The position numbers were made by a program, and so were the translations under genes. This document shows, piece after piece, positions 52,419 to 64,000 of a DNA stretch of 64,000 bases. The notes under the pieces are model-generated. The model ran no database searches. It saw nothing but the letters and a program-made list of their open reading frames with translations, and was not told the DNA's origin. Position 1 is the first letter of the stretch. Each line of letters opens with the position of its first letter. The stretch comes from Balanoglossus misakiensis (Eukaryota > Animalia > Hemichordata), in NCBI GenBank assembly GCA_040954595.2, contig CM082576.2, forward strand, positions 7,443,129-7,507,128, given 5' to 3'.

Positions 52419-53032
52419 TCAATGTATAACCTTTGACCTCGCCTTTAAATGCGCAGAGATGCACGAGATCTCGTTAGTTGCGAGAGCTAAAAAAACAGCT
52501 GTCCTGGTACATGTGGTAACATAACTGTTCTGCTCTAAAACTAGAATTACATGTACATGTAGCTGTAGTACCTTGAAGTGATCAGGATGGACAGACCCAA
52601 AGAACGCCAACATAAAGAGGTATTGTACTGTTAAAAAGATTTCCAAGTTAGCCATGAAAGAGCAACTCTGGCACAAGCAGGCCTCTCTATGGCTATCACA
52701 TGTGTCCGAATGCAGCAGACGACATGCGACAGATACCAGTGACTCCATCCATTGGATCAATCGATGTATAATAGTCTGTATCCACGGTCCATCACAACTC
52801 ACACATTGTAGGTTTTAAGATCTGAAATTGATTTAAATCAGCAAGTCGGCGGAACTTTTGTTTTGTATACCAAGACATTGAAGGTTAGAATGGAGAAAGT
52901 CTCAATGCTGCTTTTCACCAACTTTAATACTTGGCAGGATCCCTGACTGTCAAAAACTCTCAGATGCTGGTCTGTCTCTCATTATAAATATTTATCTTAA
53001 ATTTTGAACAGTTTGACTTTTTCCCGGGAGAC
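52419..53032. promoter_or_regulatory. Bidirectional promoter C1orf198/PUS10
   Basis: About 610 bp separate the divergent ATGs. DR1-like TAACCT-T-TGACCT at 52427-52439. Confidence 0.55.
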
Positions 53033-56000
53033 ATGTCGGCAGTGATAGCAGACTTGCAACACTTATCATGTTGTCCCAGATGTGTTCTCAGGTTTTGTGG
53101 AGAAAAAGATGTTGCAATGTACAGAAGGCCAGTCAAGGTATGTTACATGTTCAGTGTATGTGTCTGTGGGTGTGTGGTACAGTTGCACTTTTCCTGCTAA
53201 TTAAGCTGAAATCTGATTAATAGAATAGATGACCTATGAAGTTGAACAACTTTGATTATGTATAACTCTGTTTCCTTCCAAACAGCTCTTGCAATACCTA
53301 GCTGCTGACAATCTGTAGTTTTCGTTTTGTGATGAATATTTCTTAATTGCTACTTTTCCACTTTCATTCAAAAACAGGAACTGGAAATGATGACTCGGTC
53401 TGTGATGACAGAATTCACAACCACTGAGAACACGGCTGCTGGTAGAGATGAACAAAATGCAGATGACAAAAATAGTGCAGTGCCATCAATTTGTCCAAGC
53501 TGTCTGAACTTGTTGTCACTGTGCAGTGATGAAAAGTTTCTGAATGAGGTCAGCATCGTGATATTTTGTTTACGTGTATTTTGTTGTCCTGATTATCCAT
53601 ATTTCTGACTTGAAATCAAAGTGCATGGCAGTCTTAGTCGGATGTGTATATGAAATGTTAAGACATACCATGAAATTTATAATTACATACATGTACAAGT
53701 ATCGAAGAACAAACTCTCATAGATGTTATGAAATTTTGAATGATCATTTTACACGCTTCTTTTGAGATCAAATAAGATGTCACTCAAAAGTGGGCCTTTA
53801 CTGTAATGTACCATAGTGATGAAAGGGTTAAAGATCAAAAACTAACATATATGTACTGATTGATTTGTTTTCAGTGTAGAGCAGATGTTGAAGAGGCAGA
53901 TTTCCAATTCTCAACGTATTCCCTCGCAGTGACTGTGCCACTACAGCTGTTAGTCAGAGAGGTAAAGAAAATCATTGCTGTCTTGTGTGAGTGGTAAATT
54001 ACAGACATGTATTGTGAAAACTGAAGAATCTTGCCACTTTAACCCTCATTTTCATTTTGTTTTCTTCCAGCATTCCATACTGTTACATATTAAGGAAAAG
54101 CACAAACAGATGTGAGTAGCTATAAACTGTCCGATTTCAGCTACTGTCTTTACAAAGATTCCAGAGTATTTCCACAGGGTGAAAAAATTACGGAATAGTA
54201 CCATAAATATTAGTTTTTCCCAGTTTGATAGTACACGTACCACCTTGTCTTAGTCATAACAACAAACAACTACTAAGATTTTAGTGCTTTCCTATCTTCT
54301 TCCAGAGAGGTATTCAAAGCGGTCACATCTGAAGATATTATTGCTGCCAAGGATATTTTCAAGTGGGTTTTCAGTCACTGGTTCGCACAACTCCTCAATG
54401 TTGCCTTTCTACCATTGGTAAGAGATGTTTTCGTAAAAGTAAAAATCTAATTTTTTGGTTTATTGTTCATTTGTTTGTTGTTCATTTGTTAGAATGGTCA
54501 ACAAAGTGAAAAAAATATAGTTCCACCCTTATTTCATACTTTCAGGGTGCTTTTGAAGTTAGTTTGTCATTTACACATGAAGAAACAGATACTGAATGTG
54601 AAAAACTGTGAGTATATATACCTTCAAAATGCATTATTTATGTCGTTAGGAATTCATCAAGTGCTCTTTTTGTGTCTTTGATAATTATTAGCAAAGGAGA
54701 TGTTAAGAAACTTTGCCTTTTCACTGTTTTCAGGATAAAGACAGATGACAGTGTGGCCGCGACGAGTGGCCCAAAGCCCAGGAAAAGAAGGAAGGTATGG
54801 CACAATATCTATATATCTTCTTGTTGGTAGCATTTATCTTGTATACTCGATAATCATGTATTAGTACCGGCTATACACACAAATGATATTCTTACATTCC
54901 TACCAAAATACTACCAACAGACTAGATTAATACATTCGGTACCTATTATGTGCTACACATTGCTTAGCTATTGGTCTCTGAAAATAATATAAATTCTGTT
55001 TTAATGGCAGCTTGTCAAGAGAAATTCCATAACGAGACCGGCAGTTACAGAAGCCTTGTCTAAACTTTCGAGTTATGAAAAATTCAAAAGGTAAGCTATT
55101 ACCATGTCAATCATAGACAGGTTCATCATCACACTTTCTGTCAGAAACATAAAATAACAAAATAGTACATGTTTCTTTTTCTCTCTCGTTTAGACAGTAT
55201 TCATCATGTCCTCTGCAGAACCCAACCACAACACCGGACTGTGTGGTCACATGTCAACATAGTCCACTATACATTGCAGGTACAGTACCATATGTTATTG
55301 TTCTAGAGCAAGGTAACATGGTATACATCTATGTAACTTGAGATGATCAATGAATCATGTGGGACATACTATAATGCAACTGATAATATAAACAGTTCAT
55401 GACGTCCTCAATTGCATCTTCTGTTCTCCAGTCTTATATTCACCAGTTTTTATGAAAGTAACGCTGTTACCCAGTACTGGTACACAAATGAAGTACTTCT
55501 TTGTAGCGCACCATTTTGACCTTTGTTTTGCATTCAGGCCGATACAATAAATACAGCAGAGAACTGAGTCAGACGCCGTGGATTCTAGATGGTGAAAGGA
55601 AAGGCATATCATCGGTAGAGGAGTTGATTTGTGAAAAGATCCAAAAGAAAGTCATGGCAGAAAGTAAGTTTGACATTGTTCTCCCGACTGCAGAATTTCA
55701 TTCCTCTGCCAATAAGCCCAAAATGTCAAATTTGAGTTGCTTTGCCCTGTAAGAGATCAAGTGACTTGCTTGTCTGCGGCTTGTACGAGACAAAAAATCC
55801 CCAAATGATGTGAGAAATCTAATCCCAGCTCCCATCTGTCTTACACCATCTTTATTATTTCTACAGACTACACTTTTTCATCATCAGGAAGAGAGGACAT
55901 TGATGTGTGTACACTTGGCAAAGGTAGGAACATCGGTCAAAAATTGACCCGAGTTATCTGTTTTGATGTCACTATTCTCTTCACTGTTTTGTTGGGTTGG

Positions 56001-57787
56001 CGGCAGGAGGGAGATCATGTAGCTTTGTAAATGTGTGAGGATACGCATAGGTCATTTTACTGGAAAGAGAGATTATCTAAATGATGATGAAAAATAACAA
56101 GATAATAATATTAGTCTATAATGATACATAGCGGATTAACCCCTGGAAATTCTGTGACAGGGTAACCTGCCACAACCACCTTTATCTCATTTTCTTCTCA
56201 TAATTCATTTTTTTCATAATCTGCCAGGAAGGCCATTTGTGGTGGAATTTACAAATCCTCATAGAGTTATAATTCCACTCATTGAAATGAAACAGCTGCA
56301 AAAGGTATGTGTATCTCATACAGGGGATCAAATTGGATTATGTTATACAGAATATGTGTACAAATATAAAGGTGATCATTAGTGAGAGACTCTATTTTTA
56401 CAACTTGACGTCCAATGGAAGACTCAAAGTCTTGGTGGCGACAACTTTGCATATTATTTTCATGATTTCATTTCTTTAATCGTAGAACCACAATTGTCTT
56501 TTCTCAGGAGATTAACGCAAGTACTGAAATTGTTGCAGTGAGAGACCTACAGGTGATTGACAAGTAAGTTGATTTGATTTGGATAGTTTATAGCGTCATA
56601 GTTATACAATAGCGTCACAGTGAAAGGGCATAGGACCTGATTTAGGCTAACTGGATCACAAGTGGAAAAATGTATTTAGTGCTGTAAGCAAACCGTGATA
56701 AAATTTCCTTTCAACGTCTTACAGGACAGAAGTATCCAAACTGAAGGAAGGAGAAATGGAGAAAACCAAATTGTACAGTGCGTTGATTTGTATAGACAAA
56801 GCCATTCAACCTGAAGACCTGGAATTCCTCAAAGACATCAAAGTAAGTGTGGGTGGGTGGGCAGACATTGGTTCAAAGATCAAACTGTCAAATATGGTAA
56901 TTGTGATGATTTTCATTGATCATGTGATGGCAAGTGAACCAATGGGCATTCATGAAATCCCATTAATGCCACCAATATTGCAGAGATTTCGTGGTTAGAA
57001 ATCAATGTGTATGATCATTATGTTTGTGTTTTTGCTATACCGTACATATTATTAGTATCTGATGGGCTGTGATAATTGGCATAATATGTAATTATTATTT
57101 TGAAAGAGAATATAGATAAGATGTTGGCATTGAGACTGAAATTTATGATTGAAAACAGTGATGTTAACTGAATTTATATGGAATCATTTTGTCTTGTAGA
57201 ATTTGGAGATTTGTCAGTCCACACCAATCCGAGTGCTGCATCGTAGATCTCTGGCAGTCAGACGCAGGACAATTCATAGTATGTCAGCTGACTTCATCGA
57301 CTTACATCATTTCCGACTTCATCTTTTAACTCAGGCTGGAACGTATCCTTTTTGAGAATCAGTGGGGTTTCATATACTGTAAACTGAACTGGTGAATCCA
57401 ATAGAAAATTGTGCAACCACATGCTGTGTTCAACTTTGTTATTTCTTTAATACGGGTCTTTGATCAGCTACATCAAGGAGTTTGTACACAGTGACTTTGG
57501 AAGAACCAAACCCAACCTGTGCACACTGATGACTGCAAACACAGATATCTTGGAACTGGATGTCATGGTGTGTGTGTGGAGTCAACTGTTATCTGATATC
57601 ATTCTACTCTTACAACACTGGTCATGACTGGAAAGATGCAACTATTTGCAAGCAATTGTTTCATTCTGTATAAAAAAGTAGTGCACTGTTTGTTTGTATT
57701 TGAGTAACCGGAATCACAATCAATGATAATGTCTTTTTCCCTTTTCAGGCTGTAAATCTGGACTGGCCCAAACAAATTGATGACTGA
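53033..57787 (+). CDS. PUS10: tRNA pseudouridine synthase Pus10
   Basis: Motifs CCPRCVLRF, CPSCLNLL, IYIAGRYNKYSRELSQTPW, FSSSGREDID (catalytic Asp region), GRPFVVEF, LKEGEMEKTKLYSAL, QSTPIRVLHRR, TQAGTYIKEFVHSDFGRTKPNL and DILELDV. Terminal NLDWPKQIDD*, stop at 57785-57787. Confidence 0.95.
57343..57467 (+). other. U12-type (minor spliceosome) GT-AG intron in PUS10
   Basis: Donor GTATCCTTT, branch-like TTTCTTTAAT about 15-25 nt before the AG, weak polypyrimidine tract. Removal restores QAGT|YIKEF. Confidence 0.88.
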
Positions 57788-58993
57788 ACTACAGTGAATC
57801 AGGAGTAGACAACAATTTTTTCCTTTTGATTTTTACAAATGCTGCCATAACTTTTAGAAAACTCAAAGATGATGTGTTAATACTAAGTTTTTAAGCTGGA
57901 CATCATTTTAGTCAGATCCCCTTCTTTGTTCTTAATATTTCAGTGTTTTTCTCTCTCTTGGCATCTTTTGTATGTTCAGATTTATTTTTTTACATCTTTG
58001 TTTTTTTTAAAAATTGAAATGTGATTGTAGGAAACAATTTACTTTCATGTTCAACTTGATGAAAACATCCTCTTGAGAGAAGTTGACTAGTAGGTTCGTC
58101 AAACTTTGATGTACAGTAAATGTTTTAATGTGAAGGAATAAATATCTGTGATCACAGAAAATGCATTTACTGTGTGAGTTTGAAATGTATTTTTGTTTCA
58201 GTGAAGTGTGTTCGTCTCTCATGATATTGTTTGTGATGACTTCAAATCGTCGCATGGGGGCGTTCTTCACGCTTTTGACATGAAGTGGAGTCTATTTAAA
58301 ACTAAAGCCAATTGCACATACAAATTTACACGAAGAAGAGAAAGTTTCAGAGAAAAGGGGGCGTGAGATGGCTAAAAATGACAAGCCATTTCTTAGTAAT
58401 CTTGCTTCACGCGCACCGACTTCAAGGAGATGCAAGCGCGCGCGCGCCATCGCCAGGGATAACGCGTCCTCTGTTATAACCTTTGACCTCATCCGTTAAA
58501 TGTAGCAATTTTCCTACGATTCTCGTGAACACTCATCAGCGTTCCATCAACGGCAGGGACGATGTTTCTTTCAAGAATCAAAGTGTCGAGTCAGGAATCG
58601 AGGCTCAAACGAGAATACATCACATGCGCTGTCATTACCGAAGAGGTAATATATCGTGATTTTTTTCGTTTGGAGAAACAATAGATGCCTCTGAATTTTA
58701 AAGATCCTGCTCTTTCAACTCTGGATATAGAGGTCGATGGATGTTGTGTTATGCGGTATACGACATTGCTGATAGCTTTATGTCCACATTCGTTACAGTT
58801 ACTCAAATTACAGTCACAGTTTTAACTTAATGCTAAAACGTCAAAAAGAGGAAACTGTGGTACCATGATGAAGTACATAACCTGGACGCGTAATTTTATG
58901 TTTGTGACATTTGTGTTGTTTTCTTTTTACCAGAGTTACGGAACTATGGAAACGCTCGCCTGCGCTCAGCCTCATACAAAATTTTAACGCAAT

Positions 58994-61900
58994 ATGTTGG
59001 ACCAACGAAAGATGACAGCACCAACAACTGATACGATGTCAAATGTGACGATCTCATCGCAAACCGGTATGCATTAATTAGTGACAGTGCCAGGGACTCA
59101 GGTTAAAAAAAGTGATCTGTAAATTTTGTTAGACTCACTGTAAGTGCTCAGAATTTTCAATTTGGCGTGTGCAATAATTTGCAAATACTTCTCCATATTC
59201 TGTAGTTGCTTCCAGTGACATCAGTGCCACATCGAGAGTCATCTCCATGACAACCACACCTTCCTGCATCGTAGTAGGTGTTCAGCACCCAGCCACCACA
59301 GACAGACACGACATTGGAGACAAGAGCCTCTTCCGCAAGAAAGCGTCGGTGCATGAGTGTGATGTCTGTCATAAGATCTTCATCAACCCATCAGGACTGA
59401 AGAAACATGTTGTTATTCACAGTGACCTGCGTCCGTTTGCCTGCGACCTGTGTGATAAAACCTTCAAACGTTCTGATCATCTGTGAGTGCCCCTTGTGAA
59501 TTAATGTATACTGTTGTTAACTTTCTGGATGTTTGTGGTATCAACAAAATCATGACTATGTGCAATAAGGAAAACAAACGTCTCTTTTTTTACATACATG
59601 TACATACATGTAAATTATATTTGTTTGATGTGATTATTTTGTGTGAATACCCAACTCACCCAAAGTTTCCATTCATATGCAGATCCAGTCACATGGTAGC
59701 TATTCACAACAAGGTCAAGTTCACTTACGGATGTTCTGTGGACGGATGCCACAAGGAGTTCCGGGACGAGAAGAGCTGCAGATCCCACATCAAGGAACAC
59801 CAGCTGTTGCTGAAAAGTCAGGTCAAAGTTGAATGTGGGGACATGGACGGTGGTCTGGTTGGGAGTTCTCGGAGGACAGATTCGCAGAAAGTTGCAAAAG
59901 TTGTCACCAGGTACATCTCGCTTCTGAACAAGCCACACGGTGGTGATGACAGCGCTGCCCTCCACCAATCTGCAGTTGCATCGACATCAGCCGCATCTAC
60001 TGCAGCCAAACCAAGTCTCGATGCCAGCAACAGCAACAGTGCAGCTGCAGTCCCTGCACATCGCAGCTGCCGACAGTCTGATAGTAAGATTGGCCAAGTG
60101 TTTGCAGCAAAGACTGGGGAGATGGTGAAGACATGTACCACTAATGCACTACCTGGGAACACCGGTCAGTCCTCGAGAGTCAAGTCTGAAGGAGGCATAA
60201 GCAGCATGCCACCATCTGATAAACTGCTGAAAGCGCTCAGTCAGTTAGCAGACGAAGTGCGGAGAAAGGCTGGTGGACAGTCTGCAGCTGGGGACACTGG
60301 TGAGAAGCCTTCGCCCTCTGCCAGTAAAACGTCAATTAAACAAGAGCAGCAACTAGACACTTGTAGCGGCAGTCCAAAGAAAAAGTTGCTTGGGGGTCCA
60401 TTTGCACCCGTGAGCTTTACCACCAACATTCCCATCGGTCGTCAACCCGTCAAAGCTCAGCTTAAACAGGCGAGGGAGAGTGCCACCACAGCTACCAACA
60501 GACCAGCTTCGACAGATGAAACCACCAGAAGTGTGATTCAAAATATACCGGTTTCTGTGTCGTTCGACGAAGACAAAATCGCAACTCTGCAGCTGTTTGT
60601 ACCGGTGAAGAAGGGCAGCGCTGGTGGAAAGGAGTCGTCACAGGAGACAGCAACCATGCCGCTGATGATCAAGGTGCCGCTCTACAGAAACGCCACTGAT
60701 GAATCCAGTTCTTCGTGTCTCGGTTCTGTCTCTGCTGACCAGGGCAGTATTGGAAACTCAGTCACCTCTCCGGCTGAAACCACCCCTGCCAAGCCTCATA
60801 CCACAAGTACTGAAGTATCAGCGCAGATGGCAAGCAAGCTACCCATGGAGGCCGAATCAACCAGTCTGTCTTCTGGTACACCTTCTCAAACAGCTGGGAA
60901 ATACCCACAGCATTCACCAGTGAAGACCAATAATCAAGAAAATAGTGGATCGGCCATTTTGAAATCTGACGGTGTTGAAGTGGTGAAAGTGAACAAACCA
61001 TGTTTCTCAAACAAGTAAGTCTTTGGTCCAAAACTTTATTTTGTCATTCCACACTTGAAAGTTGAATTCCACACTTTTGGCTTGTGATATCAATGTTACA
61101 AAACCAAAACCGTACAATTGTCCTAAAGGCAACCTGAAGATTTTGCCAAAGGAACACAAAAAATGGCCATTAGAATGTTTGATAATTGGAAGGTCAACCG
61201 AGGATATTCAGTCCAGCAACAGATCTAAAGATTGTTGAAAGATGACAAATTCCATACAGAAATCTCATTTTCTACATCCCCTGCAGCAAAAATGACTTGA
61301 CATGTCACGTTTGCAAGAGGGTGTTCCACTCTGTGAGGGCACGGTGTGGCCATGCAAGGGTACATCAGTCGGCTGGGATGAGTGTTCAGAGACCGGACAA
61401 GAAGGAAGGCAAGAAGGACATTCAGCCTGTCATTCAGAAGAAAGTGGTGATCTCATCATTTATCAATGACAGCTCAAGTAAGAAGCAACAGTTTCTGACA
61501 ATTTGATTTCTGCATTATGTGTATTCATGCAGTTGTGTGTGTCTTTTTGATAACTTGTTGAAGTAGAAGATATATTACTTACTACCGGTAGTACTTTTTT
61601 CAAGTTTCTAGATAGTTCATTTTCAATTTGTGCATATTAAGGAAAGCTGATGTGTACAATTTGAGAAATCATGTTGGTTTTAAGGTAAGAGAAAATTCTA
61701 ACACAGGGAATCATCTTGTAGAAATGAAGAAAACTTTCGAGGTAGGAACAGGAACCAAAGAGAAAGGCCAGGGAATCAGATCCCAGGAGAGAATTAATGA
61801 AGCAAATGAAAGGCAGGGTAGACCATCGGACAGACAGAATACGAGCCTTGGTCTGGGCAGGGAGAGGCTGCCCTCTGTGGCACAACTTGTTCCAAATAGT

Positions 61901-64000
61901 TTTGTAGGAATTCCAATGACTGCCAATAGTCGGGATAGCGATACAGGCGTTGGGAGGACTGTGACTGCTGGCAAAGCAGAAGCTGCAGAGTGTAGTCTGA
62001 CCAAAATCATGAAACCTAAGTTAGTATTACAACTTTGTATTTGGTATATTTCCCACATTCATTCTTGCCTTCATTCATTCATTCATTCATTCATTCATTC
62101 GTTCGTTCGTTCATTCATTCATTCATTCACTCACTCACTCACTCACTCACTCACTCACTCACTCACTCATTCATTCACTCATTCATTCACTCATTTATTC
62201 ATCACTCACTCATTCATTCATTCATTCATTCATTCATTCATTCATTCATTTATTCAAATTTTGTAGCACTGTTAGCCATCTTTTGCTAAGGATCACAGTG
62301 ATATCATTATTTGCATTTTTTTCAAATATTCAGCATAATGTGCCAACAGTTTGATTAGAACAAAAGATACTGGTAACTAAAGGGAAAATTGGTAAAATTA
62401 ACACACTCTGATCTCATTTATGTCTCTTCACTTATCAGAATGAAATGAAATTTGTTGGGTTTTTTATGCACAGATTTCCGGAGCTTCCAGGGAAGTCCAG
62501 TGATTCATATCAAGACCCAGGTAAAACAGTTAGCTTTTTGCAGATTTTGATTGAGTGGTGCGTTTCACAAAGTAATCGTATTGAGTCAGCAGAACGTGTT
62601 GATGTAATGTAAACATTGGAAGAGTAATATTTCTAATGAATGGCGAACCATTCACCTTTGATCTGTATAAAATTGCCCAGTCATGACTCATGCGAAACTG
62701 AAACTAAACAAAACAATAGAGAAGGGTTGAAGCTAGACCTCTGAATTAGAGGAAATGTTCAACGTCAAAGATCAGTCGTGGAAAATCCTGCTCGTGGGAA
62801 TAATCATTTCAAATTCCACAGAAATGTTTGTGCATGAATTTTCATGGAAACTATTCTGTCATTTAGAGAAGCAGTGCAAAGCAATTAAAACAATGCAGTT
62901 ACTTTTATGTTGTCATAGAATTAAGTCATCAAAAGCCATTTGATGAGGATGAGGATTTCATTTTTGCAAATTGTTCGCTGTTTTCTTAGAATAAATGCAT
63001 CAGATTTCTGATTGCAACACAAGTTTCTTACATCACTTCCCGCTGTGTTTTCAGTTCAGTTTAAGGCTGATGGCTCTGTACCTGAGAAGTGAAAGTGAAT
63101 GAATCTTGGGGTAATGTTCCCCTTTAATGCAGAAGTTTTCAGCTCTTATTCATAGACCTGTGTGAATATCTAGGATCTGTTTTTGTTAATCAAAATTTGA
63201 ATTTTTGTGTTCTTTGTTTTCAGTTGATAACCTGCTAAAGATGCTAAATCCGTCTTTGAACTTTGACCTCACCCTCCCACAGACTTTCAGGGCAGGAACA
63301 GTGTTGGTGAGTGTCAGATATCCTCAATCCCTCATTACATCTTTATAGTCAAATATTCTGTCGAATTTTGTTCATCAATTTGATTGCACACACTTTTGTT
63401 CAGCAATGCATGAACTGCAAGTTTCAGAGCATCACTGGAACCCTGCATGTTTTCAAAGGGAAGTTTGAAATGTTTTCTCACACAGGGTACTGCTGATGCA
63501 ACCGTCCGAGGCAGATTAACAGATGACAGTCACCTGCAGCATCATTACAACTGTGAGTGATATTTCATTTGCTCTTGTAGCTTGTTTTAAGAGAATTTCA
63601 CAAGTGTTTCGTGTATGAAATCAGTGTAACTGACATGGTTGTGGATATGTCGGTTATGTATTTTTTAAATTTGCATATTTTTTTCAATGCCAGGCAACAT
63701 CTACTGGCAGCCAGGAGAGATTCATCGTTTTCAGATTGGTCTGCTCAAGTATGGAAAACAGTTTGGAAACATTGCATCTTATGTGAGTGTTATAGCCCGA
63801 GTGATTGGTGACATTATTTGGCCATGCCACACAATCTAAGTTATCATTTTTGTGAAAATCATCTTTCCACGATGAATACACGTACATGTATACTAACAGC
63901 ACAAAGACATAAACAGACTAGTATGTGCTATTCAACAGGTGGTTTCTTTTGTATATGTAAATTTTCAGTTTGACGTTCCTTACCATTTACACACCTGCAG
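58994..64000 (+). CDS. ZNF541/TRERF1-like C2H2 zinc-finger + SANT protein (3' end beyond the window)
   Basis: Exons 58994-59066, 59206-59482, 59683-61014, 61287-61477, 61722-62019, 62474-62520, 63224-63306, 63486-63552 and 63694-63782 keep frame. Three N-terminal fingers (CDVC..H, CDLCDKTFKRSDHLSSHM, CSVDGCHKEF..H), a lone finger CHVCKRVFHSVRARCGHARVH, and SANT-like YWQPGEIHRFQIGLLKYGKQFGNIASY. Confidence 0.75.
62057..62257. repeat. Compound (TTCA)n/(TCAC)n tetranucleotide microsatellite in an intron
   Basis: Visible tandem CATT/CACT units; these explain the HSFIHS-type spurious ORFs. Confidence 0.97.

Noticed and set aside
56131-56170. Small imperfect hairpin in a PUS10 intron
   Set aside because: The stem is short, has no TSD and is compatible with chance.
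61628-62289. ORFs with HSFIHS/HSLT repeats suggesting a His-rich protein
   Set aside because: The repeat part is a translated intronic TTCA/TCAC microsatellite; only 61722-62019 behaves as an exon.
1-64000. CRISPR arrays, prokaryotic operons, tRNA/rRNA genes, autonomous transposons or selenoprotein TGA codons
   Set aside because: No repeat-spacer array, structured RNA gene, transposase/RT ORF or in-frame TGA inside a conserved domain was seen; the DNA is spliceosomal-intron eukaryotic sequence.

Overview
This is a gene-dense (~38% GC) stretch of an intron-containing animal genome. It is probably an invertebrate deuterostome, inferred from an ST8Sia-type sialyltransferase among vertebrate-like orthologues. 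Exons were assembled by hand from splice sites and reading frame. Twelve spliced protein-coding genes plus one upstream microprotein ORF were read, in this order: UBXN1 (3' part, +), FIBP (-), ACP7 (+), MKKS/BBS6 (-) with an upstream 80-aa ORF resembling uMKKS1, a SLX4IP-like gene (+), VIPAS39 (-), COQ8 (+), an ependymin-related gene (-), an orphan gene with PP1-docking motifs (+), C1orf198-like (-) with an ST8Sia-like gene nested antisense in its intron 2, PUS10 (+), and a ZNF541/TRERF1-like zinc-finger/SANT gene (+, runs off the window). The most notable observations are: (1) a bicistronic uORF-MKKS unit with an internal poly(A) signal, head-to-head with SLX4IP as in vertebrates; (2) the SLX4IP-like protein appears to carry a PWWP3A/MUM1-type C-terminal helical domain; (3) the nested sialyltransferase lacks the catalytic His of sialylmotif VS; (4) an orphan SILK+RVxW protein; (5) several miniature inverted-repeat elements with 9-bp or 5-bp target-site duplications; (6) a U12 intron and a GC-AG intron. 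Homology calls come from recalled motifs, not from database searches.
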